Assembly: GCA_965218295.1 (NCBI GenBank)
Contig: CBDCKN010000007.1
Span: forward strand, 1-40,250
Source of the DNA: Longimicrobiales bacterium
GTDB lineage: Bacteria; Gemmatimonadota; Gemmatimonadetes; Longimicrobiales; Gaopeijiaceae
DNA: 40,250 nt
Reading direction: 5' to 3'
Shown here: positions 18,950 through 27,989 of the stretch, piece by piece
Numbering within the stretch: the first letter of the stretch is position 1
How the letters are laid out: each line of letters starts with the position of its first letter
Translations under genes and position numbers: made by a program
Notes under the pieces: model-generated
The model's input: the letters and a program-made list of their open reading frames with translations, nothing else
Databases searched by the model: none
What the model was told of the DNA's origin: nothing

Positions 18950-19785
18950 GCACGGCCACTGAACCCGGACCCTTGAGCATCCCCCGGGCGGCTGAGGCGC
19001 TCCGGGCACGCATCGACGGGGAGCCCGAGGTTCTCGTGGTACTTGGCTCCGGGCTCGCCGGCCTCGTGGTTGTCCTCGAGGACCCGGTGACCATGGAGTT
19101 CAGCGAGGTGCCGGGTTATCCCGCCACCGGGGTAGCCGGGCACGCCGGCCGGTACGTCTGCGGCCGCCTCGACGGGAAGCGTACACTGGTGCAGGTCGGG
19201 CGCTTCCACGCCTACGAGGGTCACGCGATGGACGTGGTGGTGGCTCCCATACGCATCGCCGCCTCGCTGGGCATCGGCACGGTGGTCGTCACCAACGCCG
19301 CCGGAGGAGTCGACCCCAACCTGGCGTCTGGAAGCCTGGTTCTCCTGGACGACCACATCAACTTCATGTACAGGAGTCCCTTGGCGGGTCCGGTCCGTGA
19401 TGGCGAGGGACGCTTTCCGGACATGAGCCGGCCCTACGACGCCAGGCTGCAGGAGCTGGCCCTCAAGGCAGCACACGAGCTCGGCATCCCTCTTCCTCGC
19501 GGGACGTATGCCGGGATGCTGGGACCCAGCTACGAGACGCCGGCTGAGGTACGCATGCTTGCCTCTCTGGGCGCTGACATGGTCGGGATGTCCACCGTCC
19601 CCGAGGTGATCACCGCACGGGCGCTGGGTCTACGGGTCCTGGGCTTCTCGGTCGTCACGAATCCCGCAGCCGGAATGTCCGGCGGGGACGAAGCCCTCAC
19701 CCACGCCGACGTGTTGGAGATGGGCGGGAGGACGACCGATCGTCTCGCTGCTATCCTGAGGGGCGTCTTTCGGGCGCTTGACTGA
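18946..19785 (+). CDS. punA: Purine-nucleoside phosphorylase (trimeric, PunA/XapA type)
   Basis: VVLGSGL, GHAG, GRFHAYEG, TNAAGG, GPSYETPAE, VGMSTVPEV; TTG start overlaps nupC stop. Confidence 0.9.
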   Translation: MSTATEPGPLSIPRAAEALRARIDGEPEVLVVLGSGLAGLVVVLEDPVTMEFSEVPGYPATGVAGHAGRYVCGRLDGKRTLVQVGRFHAYEGHAMDVVVAPIRIAASLGIGTVVVTNAAGGVDPNLASGSLVLLDDHINFMYRSPLAGPVRDGEGRFPDMSRPYDARLQELALKAAHELGIPLPRGTYAGMLGPSYETPAEVRMLASLGADMVGMSTVPEVITARALGLRVLGFSVVTNPAAGMSGGDEALTHADVLEMGGRTTDRLAAILRGVFRALD

Positions 19786-19791
19786 TCCGAC

Positions 19792-20598
19792 TCAGTCTTC
19801 CGAGAACGCCGGTACGAAGTGGTTGATGGGACCCTGCCCGGCTCCCAGGCCCGGTGCCGACGCGAGGGCACGGGCTACAAAGTCCACCGCAGCGTCGGTG
19901 GCGTCGACCAATGATCGCTCCAGTGCCAGGCCCGCGGCGAGGGCCGCCGACAGAGTGCAACCGGTGCCGTGACCGGCTCCCACGTGGAGACGGGGGCGAG
20001 ACCAGACGCGGTGACCCTCGCTGGTCAGCAGCAGGTCCACGGCGTCATCCCCCCGCAGGTGCCCGCCCTTTATGAGCGCCGCCCGCGCACCCATCCGGAG
20101 TAGCTCCCGACCTGCGGCCTCCAGGTCATCAGGCCCTTCCAGGGGTCGCTCGGTCAGGATCCGGGCCTCGTGGACGTTGGGTGTGACCACGGCGGCCAGC
20201 GGGATCAACTCCCCTCGGATGGCGTCAACCGCGTCCTCATCGAGGAGCCGATGGCCGGTGGTGGAGACCATCACCGGATCGAGGACGTAGTTGTCGAGGC
20301 GATGGTCTCGGATGCCCTCGGCCACCACGTGGACCAGCCCGGCCGTGGCGAGCATGCCGGTCTTCACGGCTACCGGTGCGAGGTCGCTGACCACGGCGTC
20401 GATCTGGGCTCGGACCACCCCCTCGGGGATGGCGTGCACGGCGTCCACGCCGAGGGTGTTTTGAGCGGTCACCGCGGTGACGGCGCTGCACCCGAAGACG
20501 CCGAACGCATGAAAGGTCTTGAGATCCGCTTGTATTCCCGCACCGCCTCCGCTGTCGCTTCCGGCGATTGTGAGGGCCACTGGAGGTGGGTTATCCAT
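19792..20598 (-). CDS. thiD: Hydroxymethylpyrimidine/phosphomethylpyrimidine kinase
   Basis: ALTIAGSDSGGGAGIQADLKTF, VTAQNT, KTGML, DPVM, TPN, KGGH, HGTGCTLSAA. Confidence 0.95.
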   Translation of the reverse strand: MDNPPPVALTIAGSDSGGGAGIQADLKTFHAFGVFGCSAVTAVTAQNTLGVDAVHAIPEGVVRAQIDAVVSDLAPVAVKTGMLATAGLVHVVAEGIRDHRLDNYVLDPVMVSTTGHRLLDEDAVDAIRGELIPLAAVVTPNVHEARILTERPLEGPDDLEAAGRELLRMGARAALIKGGHLRGDDAVDLLLTSEGHRVWSRPRLHVGAGHGTGCTLSAALAAGLALERSLVDATDAAVDFVARALASAPGLGAGQGPINHFVPAFSED

Positions 20599-20654
20599 TG
20601 AGTCGAAGGATGCGAGGGTCGGCCTTCGGTGTCTGATACCGGTCCGAGGCCAAT

Positions 20655-20694
20655 CTAGTGTGGTGTCCAAGAAGTTCGCGAGCCACCGAGAGAG
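20655..20694 (-). repeat. Truncated MITE right end (subtype B terminal repeat), reverse orientation
   Basis: 31/40 identical to the reverse complement of 505-544, including an exact 17-mer gaagttcgcgagccacc; starts at CTAG. Confidence 0.75.
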
Positions 20695-20699
20695 AGCCC

Positions 20700-21485
20700 A
20701 TGCCGAGCAAAAACAAGATATTGCTCATCGAGCGCCTGAAGACCCGCAAGGGCCGGCCCCGGGAGGGGCTCGTGTTGGTGGAGGGGGTGCGCTGCGTGCG
20801 GGAGGTGCTCGCCGCGGACGTGCAGGCCCGATTCGCGGTGCGGTCTCCACGACTACTCGGCACTGAGGCCGGTAGGGCCCTCGCGGCCGACATCTCGAAT
20901 CGGGGAGTGCCCGTGGACGAGATGGACGATGGCGACTTGGATAGCATTGCGGACACCGAGCATCCGCAAGGAGTCCTGCTTGTCTGTGAGGAGCCGAAGC
21001 GGCGACTCTTGCACCTTCCTCGCCTGGCCGGTGGACGAATTCTGCTCCTCGACGGAATCCAGGATCCCGGGAACCTCGGAACGCTCATCCGAGCGGCCAG
21101 GGCATTCGGAGCTTCGTCGGTTATGGCCCTGGACGGATCGGTGGATCCCTGGAACGCCAAGGCCGTAAGAGCCTCCGCCGGAGCCAGCTTTCACGTGGAC
21201 ATCGTGCGGGCCCTGTGGGCCGAGGTCGGGCCCTGGCTGGTGAGTCAGAGCGTGGAGGTTCTGGCCGCGGATCCCAGCGGACGCGATGTTAGCGAGGTAG
21301 AGCCGAGTCTGCCCTGGGCGCTGGCGGTGGGAAACGAGGGGGCTGGGCTCCGACCGGAGATCGTGGCCTGCGCTGCTCACAAAGTCGCGATCCCCATGGC
21401 GGCGGGCGTGGACTCCGTGAACGCTGGAGTGGCGGGCTCGATCCTTCTTTACGTCCTCACAGCGCATGGGAGTGACACTCCTTGA
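20700..21485 (+). CDS. TrmH/SpoU-family RNA methyltransferase
   Basis: LDGIQDPGNLGTLIRAA, KAVRASAG, VGNEGAGL, IPM...SVNAGVAGSILLY. Confidence 0.92.
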   Translation: MPSKNKILLIERLKTRKGRPREGLVLVEGVRCVREVLAADVQARFAVRSPRLLGTEAGRALAADISNRGVPVDEMDDGDLDSIADTEHPQGVLLVCEEPKRRLLHLPRLAGGRILLLDGIQDPGNLGTLIRAARAFGASSVMALDGSVDPWNAKAVRASAGASFHVDIVRALWAEVGPWLVSQSVEVLAADPSGRDVSEVEPSLPWALAVGNEGAGLRPEIVACAAHKVAIPMAAGVDSVNAGVAGSILLYVLTAHGSDTP

Positions 21486-22261
21486 TCGACCCCTGGATGG
21501 TTTCTGTGGTAGCCGGGGCCTTCGGGCTCGCGATCGGATCGTTCTTGAACGTGTGCACCCTCCGCTGGCCGCAGGACGAGTCGGTGATCTTCCCTGGCTC
21601 GCACTGCCCCTCGTGTGGCGCCGACATCCGCTGGTACGACAACGTGCCGGTCCTGAGTTACATCTTCCTCAGGGGACGCTGTCGGGCCTGTAAGGAGCGG
21701 ATCTCCCTCCAGTATCCGCTGGTGGAGCTCGCGACTGGCCTCGTGTGGGCCGGCGTTTTCACATATGGAGGACTCTCGGGGGAAGCGTTCCGCGGGGCGG
21801 TGTTCCTGACCATTCTCTTCGGGATCTCCCTGAGTGACGCCCGCTTCTACATCATCCCGGATCAGTTCTCACTGGGCGGCCTGGTTCTGGGGGGTGTTCT
21901 CTCGTTCCTCCCGAGCGGGCTGACCCCGCTTCAGGCTTTGCTCGGAGCCGTGCTGGGCTTCGCCCTGCTGAGGGGTGTCGCGGTGGCCGGGAAGTGGATG
22001 TTCAAGAAGGACGCCATGGGGGGTGGGGACGTAAAGATGATGTCGATGGTCGGGGCCTTTCTAGGGATGCCCGGGGTGCTCCTGACCATCTTTCTGGGGG
22101 CGCTCCTGGGCTCCGTGATCTTCGGGCCCATCTCATTCAAGACCGGCAAGCTCGTGCCGTTCGGGATCTTCCTGGCGGCGGGTGCCGCGGTGACCTACGG
22201 ATGGGGAGAGGCCATCATCGGGTGGTACGTCACATCCATCCTCCATATGCCTGCGCCGTAA
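21482..22261 (+). CDS. pilD: Type IV prepilin peptidase / N-methyltransferase (A24A)
   Basis: GSFLNVC, SHCPSC...WYDNVPVLSY..LRGRCRAC, YPLVEL, MGGGDVKM, VPFGIFL. Confidence 0.92.
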   Translation: MIDPWMVSVVAGAFGLAIGSFLNVCTLRWPQDESVIFPGSHCPSCGADIRWYDNVPVLSYIFLRGRCRACKERISLQYPLVELATGLVWAGVFTYGGLSGEAFRGAVFLTILFGISLSDARFYIIPDQFSLGGLVLGGVLSFLPSGLTPLQALLGAVLGFALLRGVAVAGKWMFKKDAMGGGDVKMMSMVGAFLGMPGVLLTIFLGALLGSVIFGPISFKTGKLVPFGIFLAAGAAVTYGWGEAIIGWYVTSILHMPAP

Positions 22262-22274
22262 GGGCTCGCGCGGG

Positions 22275-22904
22275 CTAGGGGTCCGAGCAGTCCCGCTGAT
22301 GGCCGCAAGCCAGGCAGACGATCTTGCCGTGACGCTCGAGCACGGGGCCTCCGCAAAGCTCGCAACAGGGGGCGTCGGCCTCTCCCATCCCCTGGTCCAG
22401 GTAGTTTCTGGACAGCTCGATGTAATGGCGCCCCCCTCGTGCGATCCAGGCGGCGGAGTCGTCGAGAGTCCGTTTGACGACTCCCGGGACTCCCGCCACC
22501 AGGCTGCGGTCGGGGATCTCGGTTCCCTCCAGGACGACGGCGTTGGCGCCGATCACGCACTCGATGCCGATGCGGGCCTTCTGGAGGATGACGGCATTCA
22601 TGCCCACCACGGTCCGATCGCCGATCTCGCAGCTCTCGAACTTGGCTCCGTGCCCCACGGTCACCTGTTCGCCGATGCGGGTGGGCGCCCAGCCGCCGAC
22701 GTGGACCACGCAGTTGTCCTGCACGCTGGTGCCCGCCCCGACGATGATCCCGTTCTCGGGGTGGTCTCCACGAAGCACCGCGCCGAACCAAATGCTGGCC
22801 TCTTCGCCGACGGTCACGTCTCCCACGAGGACGGCGTTGGGGGCAATGAAAGCGGTATCGGCGATGCGAGGCCGCTTCCCGTTGAAGGGCAGGATAATGG
22901 CCAT
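22275..22904 (-). CDS. Gamma-carbonic-anhydrase-like hexapeptide-repeat protein with C-terminal Cys-rich tail
   Basis: PRIADTAFIAPNAVLVGDVTVG, WFGAVLRGD, QDNCVVH, VGHGA; tail CCELCGG...CLACGHQRDCSDP. Confidence 0.88.
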   Translation of the reverse strand: MAIILPFNGKRPRIADTAFIAPNAVLVGDVTVGEEASIWFGAVLRGDHPENGIIVGAGTSVQDNCVVHVGGWAPTRIGEQVTVGHGAKFESCEIGDRTVVGMNAVILQKARIGIECVIGANAVVLEGTEIPDRSLVAGVPGVVKRTLDDSAAWIARGGRHYIELSRNYLDQGMGEADAPCCELCGGPVLERHGKIVCLACGHQRDCSDP

Positions 22905-22912
22905 CGAGACGG

Positions 22913-24169
22913 CTACGCGGTCTCGTCCCTGCCCGTCGTCGAGAGCTTGGTCAGGCGGGCACGGATCACGTGCGTGTCCGAGGCTTCCAGGACCTCGATC
23001 CGGACCCCGGCACAGTCGAGCGTCTCTTCGGCCTCGGGTACGTAGCCCAGCTCTTCGAGGATGAATCCGTTGAGGGAGCGATGCTCGAGCTGGGGGAGGG
23101 CCACGTTGAAGGCGTGGTTGATCTCCCGGACGTCCATGCCGCCCGGCGCTTCCACCTCGGTGCGGGACAGGCGGATCAGCGCCACCTCGTCCACGTCGGT
23201 CTCGTCGACGATCTCGCCCACCAGCTCCTCAAGGATGTCTTCCAGGGTCGCCAGCCCATCGGTTCCGCCGAACTCGTCGGCGACGATCCCCATGTGGATC
23301 CGACGCGCCTGGAACTGTCGGAGCAGCCGCGTCAGCGGCAGGGAGCCCGGCACGAAGAGCGGCTCCCGGGACAGCTGGGCAAGGGTCATGGAGGTGCGGC
23401 CGGCCACGTAGTTCTCGTAGGCCCCACGAACGTACAGGATGCCCGAGATGTCATCGGTCGTCTCCCGGTAGACCGGCACCCGGGAATACGGGACCGTCTT
23501 GAGCTCGCTCATGATCTCCTCGAGGGTAAGGGAGTCCCTCCAGGCGAAGATGTCGACCCTGGGAGTCATGACGTCCCACGCCGTCAGCTCGTCCAGGCGG
23601 AAGGCCCTTTCCACGAGAATGTGCTCTTCCACCCCCACCAACCCTTCCTCCTGTCCCAGCTCGGCGATCTCACGGACGGCCCGCTCCTCCTGGGTCGACC
23701 CCTCGTCTCCGTTCCGTCGCACCAGGAAGCCGGTGAGGCGCCCGAAGGGGGCCGTGGCCACTCCCACGGTCCTCTCGACGAACATGAGGAGGGGAGCGGC
23801 GCCGAGGGCCATGCGGAGGGGCCGGATGGTAGCTAGGAGCCGAGGGATGCTCTGCCCCATGACCAAGACGGCTCCGCCTCCGATGACAAGCCCGAGCACA
23901 CCACCGGTGGTCCCCCCGAGCAGCGTGCCCAGAATGACGGAGACGCCCACCGCGGCGGCGTTGAGCATGGTGGTCAGGATGAGCAGGGAGGCCCGCACCG
24001 CTTCGGGCCGGGCTCTCAGATCGGCCAGGGCTTCTGCCCCCTGGAATCCTTCTTCCTCCAGAGTCCGTAGCCGGGAGGAGCCGACAGCGAAAGCGGCTGC
24101 CTCCGCTGCGACAAGAGCCGCAGAGAGCAGGATCGGGACGACCGCTGCGGCCAACAGCAGCCAGATCAT
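22913..24169 (-). CDS. Hemolysin/CNNM (DUF21-CBS-CorC_HlyC) family protein
   Basis: Hydrophobic N-terminal domain, VMTPRVD, YSRVPVY, VADEFGGTDGLATLEDILEELVGEIVDE. Confidence 0.92.
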   Translation of the reverse strand: MIWLLLAAAVVPILLSAALVAAEAAAFAVGSSRLRTLEEEGFQGAEALADLRARPEAVRASLLILTTMLNAAAVGVSVILGTLLGGTTGGVLGLVIGGGAVLVMGQSIPRLLATIRPLRMALGAAPLLMFVERTVGVATAPFGRLTGFLVRRNGDEGSTQEERAVREIAELGQEEGLVGVEEHILVERAFRLDELTAWDVMTPRVDIFAWRDSLTLEEIMSELKTVPYSRVPVYRETTDDISGILYVRGAYENYVAGRTSMTLAQLSREPLFVPGSLPLTRLLRQFQARRIHMGIVADEFGGTDGLATLEDILEELVGEIVDETDVDEVALIRLSRTEVEAPGGMDVREINHAFNVALPQLEHRSLNGFILEELGYVPEAEETLDCAGVRIEVLEASDTHVIRARLTKLSTTGRDETA

Positions 24170-24218
24170 GTGATACCCCGGGTACTCGGCGGGCGATCGC
24201 CCGCCTCGCTACTTGGAC

Positions 24219-25238
24219 CTACGTCCATGCAACCGTTTCCTGCAGAAGCTCCGCAATCACGTCACGGGTTACCCGTCCATCCGCTTCGGCTTCGAAGTTG
24301 AGCACGATGCGGTGTGCCAGGACGGCGGGCGCGACTGCGATAACATCCTCGTACGACGGAATGGGATCGCCCCGGAAGGCCGCGCGGGCCTTCGCGCCGA
24401 GGACAAGGTACTGGGAAGCCCGAGGGCCGGCGCCCCAGCTCACGTAACGCTCCGATACCGGCGCCGTTTCCTCTAGGCCGGGTCGGGTAGAACGTGCGAG
24501 GTGCACCGCAAACGAGACGAGTGAGGGAGACGCCGGGACCCTGCGCACCAGATGTTGGAGCTCGATGAGCTCCTTCGAGGACACTACGGGTCGGATCTGA
24601 GGATCCTCCTCACCCGTCGTCCGCATGGCGATCTCCTCCTCTTCGTCCCTGGACGGATACCCGATGGGAAGCTCGAGCATGAAGCGGTCGAGCTGCGCCT
24701 CGGGCAGGGGATAGGTGCCCTCCTGCTCGATGGGGTTCTGGGTAGCCAGCACGAAGAACGGTGCCTCGAGATCATATGTCTGCCCGGCGGCGGTCACCTC
24801 CCGCTCCTGCATGGCCTGGAGCAAAGCGGCCTGGGTCTTCGGCGGGGTCCTGTTGATCTCGTCTGCTAGAACCACGTTGGCGAAGATGGGCCCTCGGACA
24901 AAGCGAAACCCCCTGCGTCCCGTAGAGCGATCTTCCTCGATGACCTCGGTTCCGGTGATGTCGGTGGGCATCAGGTCCGGGGTGAACTGAATGCGGCTGA
25001 AGTCCAGGTCCAGGGCCTCGGCCAGAGTCGAGATCAGCAGAGTCTTCGCCAGGCCCGGAACACCCACCAAGAGCGCGTGCCCGTTGGCCAGAAGGGCGGT
25101 GAGCAAGCCCTCCACCACCTCATGTTGGCCGACGATCTGTTTTTCGATCTCGCGTCTGAGCTCTTCGGCGACCCGAGCGACGCGCTCAAGGAGCTCCAGG
25201 TCCCGATCTCGGACAACCGTTTTCGTCGGTGACATCAT
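24219..25238 (-). CDS. MoxR-family AAA+ ATPase
   Basis: GVPGLAKT, RIQFTPDLMPTDITG, LADEINRTPPKTQAALL, ATQNPIEQEGTYPLPEAQLDRF; start ATG 25238 or 25235. Confidence 0.95.
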   Translation of the reverse strand: MMSPTKTVVRDRDLELLERVARVAEELRREIEKQIVGQHEVVEGLLTALLANGHALLVGVPGLAKTLLISTLAEALDLDFSRIQFTPDLMPTDITGTEVIEEDRSTGRRGFRFVRGPIFANVVLADEINRTPPKTQAALLQAMQEREVTAAGQTYDLEAPFFVLATQNPIEQEGTYPLPEAQLDRFMLELPIGYPSRDEEEEIAMRTTGEEDPQIRPVVSSKELIELQHLVRRVPASPSLVSFAVHLARSTRPGLEETAPVSERYVSWGAGPRASQYLVLGAKARAAFRGDPIPSYEDVIAVAPAVLAHRIVLNFEAEADGRVTRDVIAELLQETVAWT

Positions 25239-25487
25239 CAGATCGCTTCCGCGCCCTGCTGATAAGGTTTGGCCGCCCGGCGGGCGTGGCATGGTGTGAC
25301 GGCTACGCAGCGTACCCGCCACCTGCCGCCAGAGGTCCCGTGTTCGTATCTCTTGCGAGGGGCGTTCGACGACGCCGTCGGGCCGATTCGAGCCTGCCTA
25401 TCGCGTCGCGAAGTTGACTTCGGTGCCGTCCCCCGTCAAGCGTCGTGGATCCCCCGGAATCCCCTTTGAACAGGGGGAAAGTGGCGC

Positions 25488-25516
25488 TTGCGAAATTTTT
25501 CACAAGCTTCTAGATT
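25488..25516 (+). promoter_or_regulatory. Sigma-70-type atp promoter overlapped by a Rex-like operator
   Basis: TTGCGA-17 bp-TAGATT; TTGCGAA-ATTT-TTCACAA (25488-25505) is one mismatch from the Rex consensus TTGTGAA-N4-TTCACAA. Confidence 0.7.
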
Positions 25517-25552
25517 TTGCTGGCTTTGGGCTACCGACGGGAGTTCCAGCCA

Positions 25553-25822
25553 ATGCCAGGGTCAGGAGATCCGAGCGGAGATCGAGGGAGGGAGGTGGCC
25601 CGCGCATCCTCCCAGTTCCTGGGGCTCGGGATGGCCTTGGCAGCGTCGGTAGCGCTCTTCGGATGGGTCGGATCCGAGATCGGACAACGAGTCGGGTCCG
25701 AGGCGTTGTTCACGCTCCTCGGCATGTTCTTAGGGGGCGCGGCCGCTTTCTACAGTCTCTATGTGCAGTTGGTGGTACGTCCACGACAGGAGCACGACCG
25801 CGAGGAGAGCGAGAAGGATTGA
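25553..25822 (+). CDS. AtpZ/AtpI-family small membrane protein
   Basis: Two hydrophobic segments (LGLGMALAASVALFGWVG; LFTLLGMFLGGAAAFYSLY); first gene of atp operon. Confidence 0.8.
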   Translation: MPGSGDPSGDRGREVARASSQFLGLGMALAASVALFGWVGSEIGQRVGSEALFTLLGMFLGGAAAFYSLYVQLVVRPRQEHDREESEKD

Positions 25823-26196
25823 GTGCCCTTAGCCGTTACGCCTTGACCGCGCTTCTGGTAGTGGGCTTGGGAGCCGCGGCACTCTCGGTGTTTCTGGATG
25901 ACGCGGGAAGAAGAGGGATTCTCCTGGCGGCGCTGGTTGCTTACCCTGTCCAAGTCATCGCATTCGGGTTACTCCTACGCGCGCGAGGGGAGCCGACCCG
26001 CTTCATGGCGTGGTGGGGGGCCGGGATTGCGCTCCGGGTGGCGGTGGTCGTGGCGGTGGGGTTGGCGTCCTCGAGGCTCGAGTCGGTGGAGCCGGCAGCG
26101 CTTCTGCTGTCGCTGGTGGGGTTCTTCTTCGTCTTGTTGTTGATGGAACCGGCCTTTCTCAAGGTCGACAGTGAGGACGCACGGACGACGACATGA
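25819..26196 (+). CDS. ATP synthase I-like membrane protein
   Basis: About four hydrophobic segments; TTG start overlaps previous stop and its stop overlaps the atpB start. Confidence 0.7.
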   Translation: MSALSRYALTALLVVGLGAAALSVFLDDAGRRGILLAALVAYPVQVIAFGLLLRARGEPTRFMAWWGAGIALRVAVVVAVGLASSRLESVEPAALLLSLVGFFFVLLLMEPAFLKVDSEDARTTT

Positions 26197-27110
26197 GTCT
26201 ATTCGGAGCTCTGCATGAGCGTGCCGGGGAGGCAGCTCAAGAGGCAGGCCATGGCGCCGAGGCCGCCGATGGCCTTTCCATGGAGGGGCTGCCCGACTTC
26301 ATCTCGCACCACATCGGCGACGCCAAGGACATCGAGTTCGCCGGGGGGCACTGGAGCCTCGAGTCGCTGAGCATCGATCCCATCCACCTGGGGTCCATCG
26401 CCGTCGACCTGTCGCCGACCCGACAACTCGTGGTGATGATCCTCGTGGCGATTCTGCTCCCCCTGATCTTCATCCCCGTGGCCCGGGCCATCCGGTCGAA
26501 GGGCGTGGAAAAAGCGCCCAGCGGATTCGCAAACGCCATGGAGGCCATGATCATCTACTTCCGGGACGAGGTGGTGCGGACGAACATCGGACACGGTGCG
26601 GATGCCTATACCTCGTACATCCTCACGCTGTTCTTCTTCATTCTGGGCATGAACCTGATCGGGCTCACGCCCCTTGGGATCACGCCCACGGCGAACCTGT
26701 CCGTGACCGCCGCCCTGGCCGTCATCAGCTTCATCGTAGTTGAGGTTTCGGGATTCAGGGTCCTCGGGCCCGTCGGGTACGCCAAGACGATCTTGTTTCT
26801 GCCGCCGGGCGTTCCGGCGTTGATGAAGCCTTTCATGCTGGTCATCCTGACGGTGGTGGAGTTCCTGGGTAAGCTGGCCAAGCCGTTCGCGCTGGCGGTG
26901 CGTCTCCTCGCCAACATGACGGCCGGTCACACGCTGATCCTTGCCATCATGGGCATGATCTTCGTGCTCCAGAGCTACCTCATGGGCGTCGCTTCGGTGA
27001 CCATGGCCAGCATCCTCATGATCCTCGAGTTGTTCATCGCCTTCTTGCAGGCCTACATCTTCGCGATGCTCACGTCCGTCTTCATCGGGCTCATACGTCA
27101 CGCTCATTAG
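26193..27110 (+). CDS. atpB: F0 subunit a
   Basis: TPTANLSVT, KPFALAVRLLANMTAGH (essential Arg), LELFIAFLQAYIF. Confidence 0.95.
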   Translation: MSLFGALHERAGEAAQEAGHGAEAADGLSMEGLPDFISHHIGDAKDIEFAGGHWSLESLSIDPIHLGSIAVDLSPTRQLVVMILVAILLPLIFIPVARAIRSKGVEKAPSGFANAMEAMIIYFRDEVVRTNIGHGADAYTSYILTLFFFILGMNLIGLTPLGITPTANLSVTAALAVISFIVVEVSGFRVLGPVGYAKTILFLPPGVPALMKPFMLVILTVVEFLGKLAKPFALAVRLLANMTAGHTLILAIMGMIFVLQSYLMGVASVTMASILMILELFIAFLQAYIFAMLTSVFIGLIRHAH

Positions 27111-27132
27111 TCACCAGGACAAAGGACGAACG

Positions 27133-27387
27133 ATGCACTTCTTGCTTACCGCTGTTCAGGAAGCCGCTGGGAATGGCAGTGCCGGCCTCATCGGTGCCGG
27201 ACTGGCCATCGGCGGTGCCGTGATCGGTGCCGGGCTCGGAATCGGTCCCATCGGTGCCGCCGCGGCGTCGGGGATCGCCCGTCAGCCGGAAGTCAAGGCT
27301 GATATCCAGACGGCGGCGATCATCTTCGCGGCCCTCATCGAGGGCGTCGCGCTCTTCGGTCTCGGCCTCGCGTTCGTGATGTTCTAG
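27133..27387 (+). CDS. atpE: F0 subunit c
   Basis: GAGLGIG, ARQPE loop, ALIEGVALF carboxylate helix. Confidence 0.95.
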   Translation: MHFLLTAVQEAAGNGSAGLIGAGLAIGGAVIGAGLGIGPIGAAAASGIARQPEVKADIQTAAIIFAALIEGVALFGLGLAFVMF

Positions 27388-27485
27388 TTGCGGCTCCGCC
27401 TCTGCCCCGGCGGGAGGTCCCGTGTCGGGTGGATCAGGCATCCCATGAGAGCTTTGGAGAATTCGACGAGTCATAAGGAGGCGGC

Positions 27486-27989
27486 ATGTTCGACGTAAAC
27501 CTCGGACTCACCGTTTGGACGAGCTTCGTGTTCCTCGCGCTGCTCGGCATCCTGTGGAAGTACGCCTGGGGGCCGGTCCTCGCCGCCGTCGAGGCGCGGG
27601 AAAGCGGCATTCAGGACACGTTGGACCAGGCCGCCAACGAGAGGAAAGAGGCTGGCAAGCTCCTGGCGGAGCACAGGCAACAGATGGCCGACGCACGTCG
27701 ACAGGCCCAGCAGCTGATCGCCGAGAGTAGGGAAGCGGGTGAGAAGGTCCGGCAGGACATCGAAGAGAAGGCCAAGGTGGAGGGCCAGGCCCTCATCGAG
27801 CGCGCCCGCGAGTCCATCGAGCGTGAGAAGGATGCGGCCCTCGATGCGCTACGGAGAGAGTCCGTCGACCTGGCTCTAGCCGCCGCGGCCAAGCTCATGC
27901 ACGAGAGCCTCGATGAAGCCAAGGACCGGGAGCTGGTCATGGGCTACATCGATGATCTCAGCGCGCAGGGTGAGGGGGCCCAGGCGTGA
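27486..27989 (+). CDS. atpF: F0 subunit b
   Basis: N-terminal TM, KYAWGPV...RE..I, long charged coiled coil. Confidence 0.93.
   Translation: MFDVNLGLTVWTSFVFLALLGILWKYAWGPVLAAVEARESGIQDTLDQAANERKEAGKLLAEHRQQMADARRQAQQLIAESREAGEKVRQDIEEKAKVEGQALIERARESIEREKDAALDALRRESVDLALAAAAKLMHESLDEAKDRELVMGYIDDLSAQGEGAQA

Noticed and set aside
20599..20654. TPP riboswitch upstream of thiD
   Set aside because: Spacer is too short and lacks the CTGAGA and ACCTG core; only a simple hairpin is present
27133..27387. Na+-translocating ATP synthase
   Set aside because: Subunit c has E-G rather than the E-S/T plus Gln Na+-binding signature, so an H+ type is more likely
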